Positions 24,808-40,216 of a stretch of DNA of 64,000 nucleotides are shown one piece after another. The notes beneath the pieces were generated by a model that was not told the origin of the DNA, ran no database searches, and saw nothing but the letters and a program-made list of their open reading frames with translations. The DNA is from Takakia lepidozioides (taxonomy: Eukaryota; Plantae; Bryophyta), in the NCBI GenBank assembly GCA_030704615.1, contig CM060732.1, forward strand, positions 40,610,001-40,674,000, read 5' to 3'. The position numbers and the translations under genes were made by a program. Numbering within the stretch: position 1 is the first letter of the stretch; each line of letters begins with the position of its first letter.

Positions 24808-27800
24808 CTAAAGCTTGGGTCGTAGAGCAAGAGATCCCACCTCAATCCGATCACTAAGAGGCTGCTTACTCTGCACCAAGTAGGTACTTTGCTCCAAGGC
24901 ATCTGCAGTACTTTTCTTGGAAAACTTTTTGTAGGTGTTCTCAGGTAGTGACGAGGGGAGCCACCTTGCAGTGGTATAAAGAGAATTGAATGAGGAGCTC
25001 CTAGACTTGATCCATGGAGGCAGTGCTGCCACCAGAGCGTCCACATCAGCAGCAGTGTGTGCTGCTGATAGTGTTATACGTAGCCTGTTCCACCATCCAG
25101 AACACCCACACCTATTTTTTCTTATATCAAGCTTACGTGGCCTCCAAGGAGAAGAAAATCAACATGAAAACCAAAGGAAAAGCTGAAGACTGTTGGAGTC
25201 CGACCCATTGGTCTCATCATACCTCTCATTTTACCATGATCTTTCCACTCTTCCACTCTTCAGGCAACTCAGGATCCTCAATGCCTTAGTATAAGACATG
25301 ATGCTTTGTACAGGAGCCATCAAATAAACTTGTGACAAATGGTCTCACCGAGAAGAGTTGAGAGGAACTGTAGGAGGCCTGATTGCTGACACATGGAAGC
25401 CTGCTGTGAGCAGCTGTCTGCACAACAACACAACATCCATTATCCCCCTGTACAGGTGTCTCATATGCCTATGGTCTGATGAACTCTTCTTTCTTAAAAA
25501 TTAATTACACTGACACATTTTAATGAGTTCAAATGCTCCAGCTACTGAGGGGAAAAAATACTATCCCACAATGGGGCCCTGAAAGAAGCATCCCTGGCAA
25601 GGGTTACGACAAACGGGTGCACATGGCATCATGGTCCTACCTGTTTCATCACAGATCAGGAGGACTAGGATTTTCGCCCAAGCGCCAATGTCATAGTCTC
25701 ACAACCAATACCTAGCACTACATTTCGGGTCAAAGGTGTCTGCTGTAATCATTCCAGGGAGGATACTGGGTTTTTCCAATGAGATGGTTCCTCCCAGAAC
25801 ACTGTACTGTACACACAGCATAACTGGTCTGGGCTGGACCTGCTTGCAGCCAGTGTGTCGTCTGCACTTCCAAGAATGATGGGCGCAATCGGGCTGCTAA
25901 AGTGCAATCCAGTGGCCTTTGAAAACTGCTGCACCCGCTCCCACAGTGCTTGCTGCCGCCATCTCTCTTTCTGTGCCACCAGGATGGCAGCTGAACCACA
26001 CCCCATGTTGTGGAACTCTTAGACTATGGATACTACAAACATAATAGAAAGGTAAAAATTGTTGCTTGTCACATGAGGTTTATAGGTTAGATAATAGACT
26101 ACAGGGTAAGTGCATAGTGCAGCAATGCCCAACTCAGCCATCACCTTGATTTCCATGGCCATATGAGCAGCATATGACAGGCTCTGACCGTACATCATCT
26201 GTATGCCTTCATATAAAAGTAAATAGGATGCAACCAGAGTCTCTTGCAAGGACCGCCTTTCATCCCTCAAGTTGGTCCCGCAAGATGCTCAAGAGCCCAC
26301 TAATTAATCTGCACCTTGAAGATTACATGAAGAAAGCCCTCAGTGATATCAGTGTCGGCAGGTCTTGTGCATAACCAACCTTACAGATGGAGACTCCCTG
26401 CCCGGAATGAGTAGAAATGTCCCCAAGTCTAAGGATAGGGAGAGACCCACAGTTGGCAGAATCGGGCAGACTCACCATGCGCTGCAGCTACAACAGGAAT
26501 AGGGAGTGATGTGGAGAAGATGAAGGAACGGCCTCTTGACTGGATCAACTGCTTCCATTTTTTACTGCATACATCACATTGCAACAGGCACCTCAGATGC
26601 CCCAGGTAAGGTGGCCTCAAGGATTTATTGCAAGGAGGGAAATATTAAAAACCCTCGGGAAAGGCCTGGCTTGCAATAAAGGTTTTGAAAGAGTGCCTCA
26701 TGCAGGTAAGTTGTTAAGAACTTTATGTACTTATAACTGTAGGTCTGTGCATAGGACAAGGAATCTCTAAAAGGCGCCAGTCTCTTCCCCTGATCTCGAA
26801 GCAATAGGGAAGGAGAAAAACAAAATGATTACAGAGAGAATGCTGTTTGCCATAGCCTTGTGGCCATTGACCCCCGCGCCCAGTTTGAGCAGAACACAAA
26901 GGGACAGAAACTACCTTTGTCAGGGGCTGACACCGGTAGTGTGACTTACCTTGGAACAGACAATTGATCCGAGTTTTCCAGATATCCTCTAGAACTCCCA
27001 AGACACAAGCATCAATCTGCTCTGTGTGATTTGCCCAATAACTAGGCCCCATAAGGGCCTGGGCTTTTGGTTCAGCCTCAAGATTACAGAGACAGAGAGA
27101 GGGAAGGAGAGAGATGAATACCTGGAAGCGATGAAGCCACCATGGCAGCCAACAGCCTTGCTAAGGGTGCCCACATGGATGTCAATCTCATTTTGCACAC
27201 CAAATGCCTCAGCAACCCCTCCCCCATTCTCTCCACAAACCAGTGTCCCATGCGCCTGCACCGGAATTGGATCTTCTCAAATGAAATCAACTTCCCCTTC
27301 AGAGGATTAGGCGAGCAGCAATCACATTAAATTGCAATAAAGGCTCTGAAAGACTGGACTGTCACACTCAGGTCAACATTTGAGCAAATTGTGCAATTTA
27401 GCTCTCAGCAATTAATGTTTAGCAAGTTCGAAAGCACTACTTTCGTATGAACTAGAAGGGTTTATCCTTCAGGTCAATCACAAGACCAATTTGACTACCT
27501 CACCTCAAGGAACGAATTTTCAAATTTCAGTGAAAAAAGGCAAGTGTGAGAAGATCAATTGAGTCAAAGATCACCTCATCAATCACCAAAAGAAATCCAT
27601 GCTTGCGCCGCAGACCTACCAGCTCCATGACGGGTGCAAAGTCTCCATCCATACTGAACAGACTGCAACAATTACACAGAATCATCACAGGCCTCTTTAC
27701 TTCAGCAACACTAAGTCCTTTCAGTGTGTGGGCCAAGGGAGGTGCATCTTAAGAGTAGCAGAACTCAGAAAGGCTTTCATTGTGGCTCACCTTTGGTTAT

Positions 27801-29727
27801 CAGCAAGCTTCACTTTACTAGCATTCCCAATTTTACCTTTTGGGTCCTGTTCCACAAGAAGAAATAGAACCAAGTGTGATGGAAGAGTGATAGAAATCAC
27901 CCACATTTCACCTCAGCGAAATAGGAAAAATGCCAGGAGCCAGTGGAAGTAAAGAGAAAGGGAAAGAGAGATAGCCGTGCAACACACCTGTCTGTGACCA
28001 CCACCTTACGCTCCTGCTTGCAGTTGGACCTGCCTTTTAACAACACCACACATTACTCACTCTGTTTGTGTTCATAAGACAGACGACATAATCCATGCCC
28101 CACTATATGTTTCTTAATATTACAAAATAAGTCAGACTTTTGACTGATTAAAACCAGAGACAAGCAAGCAGAAACACTGTGCCGAGAAGAAGGGTAGACT
28201 TACAACAGCAGGTTCAGGTGGGCCATATCATTGTGCTTGTAAACATGCACTTCAGAATTGCCTTGCTTTTGAGCAATACGCACCCCATCTATGATTGATG
28301 CGTGATTCAGTGAGTCTGAAAATATGGCCATCACACTCTCCTGCCCTTGCACCCGGTTGGGAGCCACACTGGCAAGCGCTGTCATCACCGCCATGTTGGC
28401 AGCAAAACCAGATGGACAGAGTAAGCAATCCTGACCCCACCCCAGTGGTAAGGCCTTATACCTTATGCCCTTGCAGAGTTAGACACCAATGCAGCCGCTA
28501 GCTTTCTTCAATCTCATTTAGGTGACAGGGTGTGTAATTGGGTACAACCCAGAAACAAGAAGAACATATATTGGCAAAAATCTTTAGAACTGGGCATCTC
28601 TTTCTTCTGCATGCCCCCTCTCTGTGACGTCTCCCCACACAAACACAAGCAGAAGGACATTGCATAGCTGGCATAGCATTCACCCAATGTTGCTGCAGAA
28701 TACAAGTCATCGAATAGGGATCTAAGATACAGAAGGCTAACTGATACCTGTGTTACTGCAATGCCTGCCAAACACCATTATTGTGCAGGGGAACAGTACC
28801 TCAGTCTGCTTCAAATCTGCCAATGCAGATTCCAGCAACCGATGATAGTGGGTGTAACCACACACCAATGCCGACGCCCGTGGCCCCATCCCAAACTCCA
28901 ACGCTGCCTGATGCATTACAATGTCACTCAGTCTACTTCATTCATCGCCAAGCTCTTCTCAACATGCAGTAACCTGCTTTGCATGCGTACCAGCACTATT
29001 CTCCATTATAAGTAATTTAAGCAAAAGATAAACACGCGGTATTAAGCACAAGGCACCTTGGCAGCAGCACATCGGACAGCAGGATGCACGGAAAGGCCCA
29101 GGTAATCGTTCCCTGAGAAGAGCAGCAACTTGTGCGATACTTCCGCGCTTCTGTCACTAGCATGCTCCAGCACGCTGTCTACATCGCAAACGTCCTCTCC
29201 TGTTCCCAAAGAAAGCAGCTCCAGATTGGTGAGGAATGCAATTCAAGACCAAAAAAGAACTGTAATTGGAAAACAGCAGAGGAGAGCACGAGGCCATGAT
29301 CTTTCTGGACATGAGACGCCCACATTGTGCCTTAAACAAGTGGCTGAATCGCTCAAGAGAAATAGACAGGGGCCAGAGCAACGGAGAGAGATTTTGTACC
29401 TGTGCTAGCTGAGTCTTTGATCCAACACAGAAATGTGGGATGCGACACCTCCACCTCCACAGCTGAACGATCCCACGGCCCCAGACCTTCAAAATTCTGC
29501 ACGCCCTCGATTCCGGCAGGACCCAGTCCCTGCAAGTGTTCAGAAACTGTGCCGGCGCATCCTTGCGAGGCCGACAGCACGCTCTTGCATATCTGAGAGT
29601 CCGAATGTGCAATCCCTGCAACCTTGAGCGGGCGCAGCGATCGCAAGAGCATGGACCGCTCCAGCCCCTCCACCGCCTCCTCCAACCATGCTTCCCAGGG
29701 CCCCGCCCTGCAACCTCGCTCCACCAT
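24808..29727 (-). CDS. BIOF: 8-amino-7-oxononanoate (KAPA) synthase, biotin biosynthesis, about 11 exons
   Basis: Motifs [74 protein letters not shown] (PLP lysine), [26 protein letters not shown]. Ends in ...RPKL*. Confidence 0.95.
26838..27081 (-). mobile_element. LINE family A 3' tail with 11-bp target-site duplication, in a BIOF intron
   Basis: GATTACAGAGA flanks both sides (26827-26837 and 27082-27092). Encodes [27 protein letters not shown], a LINE C-terminal-like helix. Confidence 0.85.
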
Positions 29728-29894
29728 CGCTCCACTGCTCCACCACCAGCGCTCCACCAAAATCCTCTGTTCGCTCTTCACCTGCCTGTCTCTCTGTCAC
29801 GTCATTTATCCCATAATGTTTGCCTGCAAACACACTCAGAGATACTATATAAACCTTCGCTAAAGCTCTCACCAACCATATTGTCTGGCCAGTA

Positions 29895-30398
29895 CCGTAG
29901 TGCGAAGGCCAGGTAGACACTTCCCTGCCTAATAATCAAATACGCACTTTTGAGAATTTTTTTTAAATTAGGCATCTTGTATGTATAATCTTTTTTGGTA
30001 ACAAATTAGGCAATTAAAAATAATGATCACAAAATGAAAACACAGAAATATAAAAATACAGCCGCTGCCATGGATGAAAATTGAAAACTGAGTCCATGGA
30101 TGACGTTTTAAATGAAAATCAGCCGCCGCCTTGGATGCAGAAAACTGAGTCCCTGGATGACGTTTTAAATGAATATCATTCTAAATGGATGTCATTTTTA
30201 GATTTTTTTCTATTTCATGTTTTTTCTAATTTAAATTCAAGTTTTTATACCATAGGCACTTTTAGAGAATGTTTTGAAAATTAGGCACTCTTTGAAGATA
30301 ATGTTTTTAATTTAGGCAGTCTTGTCAAAAATAATTTATTTCGATTAGGCACTTTTTTTTCGAATTAATTTTCTGCCTGACCGGCTATCCCACTACGG
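29895..30398. mobile_element. MITE, Tc1/mariner/pogo-like (TA TSD), between the divergent BIOF and enolase starts
   Basis: TA|CCGTAGTGCGAAGGCC...GGCTATCCCACTACGG|TA imperfect TIRs, AT-rich interior, recurring TAGGCA motif, and an internal tandem duplication of about 60 bp (30059-30177). Confidence 0.75.
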
Positions 30399-30833
30399 TA
30401 ATTTCTCTACAGATCTGTTAATGAAAATTGATTTAACATTACTAAGCGATTCTGTGTAGTCGTCCTTCTCACCAATGGATGCCAAGTGTCGCGTGCTAGC
30501 GATTTTAAGGAAAATTATATAATGAATTCGTAAGTTCCTAAAAGAAGTGAATTTTTCAACACGCTCGGGAGAATGAAGAAACGGCGGATGAAAAAAGGAG
30601 GAGATTACCTACTGGCTTCCAAAAGCAGCAGACTCTGAGAACTCTGGCCGTTGGGCACATGGTCGGCGAAAGCTGGCTACCAACACCTTCCCATCAATGA
30701 GCCACGGTAAGCCCCTCATTGGACCCAATGAGAGCGGGCTGGCTAAACATGGCTAAACCTTCCTGTGGACTGAGCACGTGTTTTGAATTCACGCACGCTC
30801 TGACCAGTTCACTAGCTGGAGTTACACAGCCCG

Positions 30834-30867
30834 CGGACTCCGACGGACGAACGTCCGTCGGAGTCCG
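30834..30867. repeat. Perfect 16-bp GC-rich inverted repeat (2-nt loop) upstream of enolase
   Basis: CGGACTCCGACGGACG-AA-CGTCCGTCGGAGTCCG. Confidence 0.9.
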
Positions 30868-31004
30868 TCCGGAAACGTGGACGGAGTCGCGGAAGTGGAC
30901 GTGAGAGTGAGGACGGCGTGGATGGGAGCCTAGACTGTAACGACCAAGAAGGGAAGGCCGTGTCCTTGAGCTGTGACGGTGACAGCGAGAGTGTGGTGCT
31001 GTGA

Positions 31005-34870
<3,866 letters not shown>

Positions 34871-35444
34871 TATGTTCCTTGAGACACCACTTTTTGCTGC
34901 AATTGGCATGAAAGAGCATGCGTCTATGTTTAGGTAGGCCATTTGGCTGAGAATGATGTTCAAAAGATGGTATCTCAACTTTTGACATGAAGAGGGTGAA
35001 TGTCAGAGTGCAAGAGATGGCCTCAAGCTTATTCATCTGAGTCCGAGAAGCACGGAAGTGCCACTAGCACTAGCACCTGTCTTTTGTTGTGCTTGGTCTG
35101 TCTTGCAGGCAACTGCCATATGGGATAGCACTAAAGTCTGCGGTGTAGATTGAACTGTCCTCGTGTATATGGGCAGAATTGAGTGGCTTCTTGGTGAAGA
35201 GTTTGTTGGGAAGCACAATTGTAGGTCTGGTCGCTGAAAGGGACCAGGGCGCCCAGTTAAGAATATACATTTTAGTTTTGTTTGTCCTTTGATTGGACTG
35301 CATAATTTTATCATCGTGCTTTGCTCAGCTCAGCTTTATCAGCTTAGCAAAGACAAGTAATCTGTCTCCAGAATGTAAATCTTCCAAATTTCTGCTATGG
35401 ATTGCATCTGTCAACGAGTACACTAATGCTCCTTTACCTTAGCA

Positions 35445-35620
35445 TCCAAAAGATCAAAAGGCACAAGGCTGCTTAGTAAGTAGTCGCGGGTTCAAAACCA
35501 TGTTGGATGTCACCCATTATAGCCAACCCAACTATAAAATGGGGACGTTGGGTGAACTCATCACCTTGTGTGTGTGTAGTTGGGGACTTTTGAATCTTTG
35601 GGTGCCCAGGTTATAGCCAC
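35445..35620 (+). mobile_element. Possible tRNA-derived SINE relic
   Basis: B-box-like GGGTTCAAAACC followed by caacccaactataaaatgggga, reminiscent of SINE bodies. The A box is not clear and there is only one copy. Confidence 0.3.
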
Positions 35621-36323
35621 GAGAATCCATTGCAAGGTAGTAGCCCAAACCCTTGCCTCTTGAACCTCTCATTCTCTTGGTTCAAACTTCTTAGCAAACA
35701 CATCAAAGCTTGTGTTTCCATGATCGCGAGCAGGAGCAAAGTTTTTATTAGGCCTAGTGGACGACCAATGATGAATAAGTGGCTAAATGGTATACAGGAG
35801 TATGATTGATTGATCATTGCAATTTTCACAATGGAATTGTCCATTTTTGGATGTGTTGTGCATAAGCTGAGCCACTTCTATATGGCTGGAATTTGTGAAT
35901 CTTGGTAGCTGCAGTTGGATATCCAAAATCTTCAATAACTCCAAAAATGGCTTGAGAAATTAAGGGTTAATTGAAGAAAAACCATGTGAACATACAAAAT
36001 GCATTGGGAGTGCTGTTTTGGAAACTAATTTGTTGCAACTTAGGGTGAATATTTTCCACGACTGTGCGACCTAGGGTGATTACCACATGTAAATTAATTT
36101 TGCTAGAGTTCCCTATGTTCCCCCAACTTCCCATATTCCACCAAAGGCTATAATAAGAAGGGACTCATGGTGGGGGAGGTGGGCCCGCATTATAGAAGAG
36201 AATCCCACACGCAAAAAATCCATAAAGTCGCCCAAAAAAAAATTATGTAATGAAACCACTGGAAATCAAAGAACGACCAAATATGGTGTAAACAACAAAC
36301 CAATGTCTGTGTCATATATACAC

Positions 36324-36601
36324 CAGTGTTTCTTTTTACAATTTGATGAGTGGCTACTGAGTTTTGCAAGAGTTGGCCATATTTTATGTTCATCCACTGA
36401 AATTTGGATAAAATCATCCTCCTCTGACTTTCATCCATATATATCATCCATATTTGGCAAATTCATCCAAGATTTACATTTTATTTGGAGAAGTTTGGCG
36501 ATTTCATCTAGCATGAGAAAACAGGGAATTTAAGACAGAATATTCCATTTTATTTTTTGAGGTCGAAAAAGTGCGAAATTTTGCCAGAAATAAAAGCACT
36601 G
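36324..36601. mobile_element. Possible hAT-like MITE relic
   Basis: Termini CAGTGTTTCTTTTT...AAATAAAAGCACTG and an AT-rich interior. No clean 8-bp TSD. Confidence 0.4.
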
Positions 36602-36619
36602 ACCAAAGCTAGCGTAAAT

Positions 36620-37080
36620 AAGAGCCTCTTCCCCTTGCGGATCCTACCTCTTTTAGGGGTGGGCTCTATCCATACAGTAACATGTCACAGAGTGGCTAGC
36701 TGGCCACTTTCAATCTTGATGAAATAGCCGTGAAATACAAGGCTCGTAATAGAGGTGTAGTGTATTTAGGTGGTAGGTTGAGATTATCTTTCAAACCTTG
36801 GATATTATGGGTATGAGCACCCCCCCCACATCCGCAATGATGACCGTCATAGCTGGCATGTTCCAACCTCGCCAACGGAGGGCATGTATGATTGAGTCAT
36901 ATTTTTCGCGTTTGTACATAATTGATTGATCTGGATTTCGATCATGGCAGGAAGCGAATTCCAAAAAATGTATTTTGAGAGATGGAAGCGGTTCTGTCGA
37001 CGGCAATGCCAATACAGGAAGTCCCTGGAGTAGCAAAATATTTGGGCATACCCTTACCAGGCAAATGTTTGTGTCACTAT
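36620..37080 (-). mobile_element. 3' fragment of a non-LTR retrotransposon with a restriction-like endonuclease (RLE) domain
   Basis: PNILLLQG...IHFLEFASCHDRNPDQSIMYKREKYDSIIHALRWRGW...VIIADVGG matches the PD..E...K..KY..L....GW pattern of RLE C-termini. Confidence 0.65.
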
Positions 37081-37082
37081 AA

Positions 37083-37332
37083 CTAAGTCTTGCTACCAAT
37101 GGCCAAACAAGTCTAGGATGATAATGACATTTGTATTTGGTGAACTTGGAGGCTGCACCCGCAGAGTCACCAACGGCTTGCCCATTCCCTAATATATAGT
37201 CTCCATAATCACCGATTCAATGACAAAAGCAAATCGTACCTTGAGTGCATGGAATCATGCAGCCTCCAAGTTCACCATATACAAATGTCATTCTCATCCG
37301 AGACTTGTGTGGCCATTGGTAGTAAGACTTAG
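37083..37332. mobile_element. Foldback MITE with TIRs of about 75 bp
   Basis: 37083-37157 is the reverse complement of 37258-37332 with about 5 mismatches. The ends can be read as TA|AGTCTT...AAGACT|TA. Confidence 0.85.
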
Positions 37333-37510
37333 GTTTTTTTTTTTTTTTTAAAGAACAGGGACAGTGGCCCTGGAAATATATTAGAAGAAGTGGAACATAT
37401 CATTATGATATCAGCATGGACACCAAATTTGCATGCTTGAGTTTGTGTTGTTGCGAAAATGTTTCTATTGTTGCTGCAACTTCCTTCCTCGCCAACCCTT
37501 CGGTCCTTCC

Positions 37511-39107
37511 TCATTGCAAAAACATCGGTTTCCACAAATTGACACCCTTTTCTCTACAAAAAAGGGCCATGACACAACTCTCATTCCAAGTCCATGCCCT
37601 CTGAGATAGAAAAGCAATTTGAGTGGGCGTGCACCCTCCTTCATCCCGCAAAGGAGCTACCTGACCCTCACGATAAGGTACACAAGTGGGAGCTATGATA
37701 ATGTCATACCTATTCGCATCCTTGTGAAGAAACTTGTCATACAAGTTACTGTGACAGAACTCCAACTACTATCAGGATGCTGAAACCACCTAATCTGAAA
37801 TGGAATATGTGAACTAGGTGGCGTTCTATCATTGTGGAGTATTTGGACCAAAACTCTGAAGATCAAAATATCCACGGTACCACCAACACACTGATGGGGA
37901 TGCTGATGAAGTGGGTGCTCGAAAGCATGTCTGGCATAGTTGCTCACATAGAAAGCTCTATTTGTAGAAAGCTCGTTAGGAATCTTTGCTTTTGGAGGAA
38001 AATTTCCGATCTGCCTAAAATGTCGCCATGAAGAAGGTCTCAAACCGTGATATAAGGTCACATCATCTAGACTCCCACAAAACGGATCATACACCTGGTG
38101 CATGACTTGACTGAATCCGAAATGTGAAAGGAATTCTCCTGACCGTTCAAACATTGTAATGATGCGTTGCATCTTCTTTTTTGGATCCTTCTCTGGAGTA
38201 ACAAAGAGTGAAAGTGGAACTTCTATGGTTAGAAGATCCACAAAATACTAGTTTTGGGGAGTTGAAGTCTCCTCGATTCCCTCGGCCCTCACAGCCCTGA
38301 TTCTTTCTGCCCTGGCCACCCCGCGCACCACCTTGGTCACCCCCTGTCTTCTTGCCCCTGATAACTTGCTTAGTCTTGTCATAAACAACTTTTGTCCAAC
38401 CTCCCCTATCAATACTCCTTTCACCACTCCCACTACCACTCTCCTGAATAGGGGTATTATCTGCGTTGTGTGAGAAACTCCAAGATATCTGAGGATATTC
38501 TGAGACCTATAATTGCAAAACCACCTCTCAAGAAATACTCCAACCCAAGGAAGGAGTGTTTCGAAGCAGTATGATGAGCTCTAACTTCGGCAACAACTCT
38601 CTGTGAAAAAAAATGACCTAAGTAAATACTTAGATCCTCCTCACACGGGCTGAAGGACATCCCATCAGTATGGTCAAACAAATCCCTTTCAAGAAATTGA
38701 AAAACCCATCCGAAAAAGGTGGTAACCCATCAATCATCTTCCCGTATTTTTCGGAAAAAAAATCCTCTTCAATTAACAAACCACCTTGCGGCACTCTTCC
38801 ATCTGCACAACAAAACAATTGCATTAAAATTGCTGATTACAAACAAGACGTAACCAAATTGTTCATCATCACATGCAAAATTGGCAGTAAAATATATATT
38901 TGAATTGACAAAACTACTTAATTCCAAACAAAGTAGACCATCAAAAGAACAAAATCCACCCAACTCAGCGGTGCTATATGATGTAGGGGGGTCTATTTGT
39001 AGATCATTCAGCCATGAGACAATGCGGGACAAGCCTGTCACTCTTGACAATTTCTCCTTCATGCTTAACAAATGATCCTCAACTTAACCTATCATCTTCT
39101 TCGTCAT
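37511..39107 (-). pseudogene. Intronless, frameshifted gene of about 500 aa: unknown N-domain, Gly-rich linker, ART-like (DUF3990-like) C-domain
   Basis: Overlapping ORFs 39071-38769, 38824-38630, 38681-38457, a linker, 38241-37693 and 37765-37511 chain through frameshifts. Motifs TLYHG, NELSTNRAFYVS, W/EFCHSN, YDIIIAP, TQIAFLSQRA. Confidence 0.55.
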
Positions 39108-39435
39108 AATGATGTTCTTTTGTTTAGCTGCGACACCCTCACTTTTATGTAAGAACCAATGTCAGTGACTTTTGCTATGCCAAACGACTGACTAGATAGC
39201 TTGGACAGCAACAAGAAGCCATCACCAATAACACCCTAAGTTGAAACCTGATTTCCTAATGCAACTGTACAGATGCCTCCACCTATCAGCCGTTGAGTAA
39301 TCTTCAGCAGATTCTGCATTTGGCCTAAGACTTTTCTGCCTAGCTATTCATGCAAGACAATCAAGAGCTTAACTGAACCAAACAATCCTCCAATAGCAAG
39401 CACATGGATAGCAAGAATAGCTGAGAAGGAAGTAC

Positions 39436-40216
39436 CTTTCATATTCAACATCACTCTTGGCCTCCACACCAGAGTCGTCAGCATTTATGGTCAGCCTCTC
39501 TTCTATATCCCGCATTGATCCTGCACAAATGAAACCATACACCGGTTTCATCACATCACAGCAAACAAGATGTACAGTTTGTTGTTCCCTCAACCCCTAA
39601 GACAAACTTGATTGCTGCAGTGAAATAAGAAGGAATAACGGAAGTAGGGAAGCCAACCTGAGTAGCCTCTATCCTTAGATGAGAAATGGTGGCGTTCCCG
39701 ATCTTCGAGCTCTTCCCTCAATTGTCTCTTTCTCATATCATCAATGGTCTCTTCGCCATCTTTCCTATGGTGGTCAAATACTAACGGCCATTAACTCGAT
39801 ATTCATAAACTGGATTACAGCTAGCCGAGATTTACAGACACTGACCAACTCGGATTAACAACAAAGAAAATTGAGAGGCCCTACAATGTTCAATTTAAGA
39901 ACTGACGTGTTTTGAGTGAAGATATTCATGAATACTCTGTCCACAAACGTGCTTAGTAATTCGAGGAACAAGACCTATTGACAATTGAATCCTAAAACCT
40001 AATCTCGTCTCCAACATGCACACGGGTCTACACAGAGCTTCAAATAACACAGGTCGAAGTAACCACATGAAGAAATTCACTTGAGCTTACGAGTGGTATG
40101 AGATGCAAGGTCACGAGATGAAAACTTCTGAGATGGACCAGACATACGCATCCCATGCCCCTTTGCTCATGGCCTCCCTTTGCTAGCGCCCATGTAGGGC
40201 GCGCCGATGTCGTCAT
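39436..40216 (-). pseudogene. CWC15: Truncated, frameshifted copy of spliceosome factor CWC15 (first three exons)
   Basis: Exon 40216-40081 reads MTTSARPTWALAKGGHEQ, then a frameshift, then GPSQKFSSRDLASHTT. Exon 39764-39658 reads KDGEETIDDMRKRQLREELEDRERHHFSSKD. Exon 39520-39436 reads INADDSGVEAKSD. No C-terminal exons were found. Confidence 0.85.

Noticed and set aside
30059-30177. Direct repeats resembling a CRISPR-like array
   Set aside because: Only two adjacent copies with no unique spacers, inside a MITE, in a eukaryotic context.
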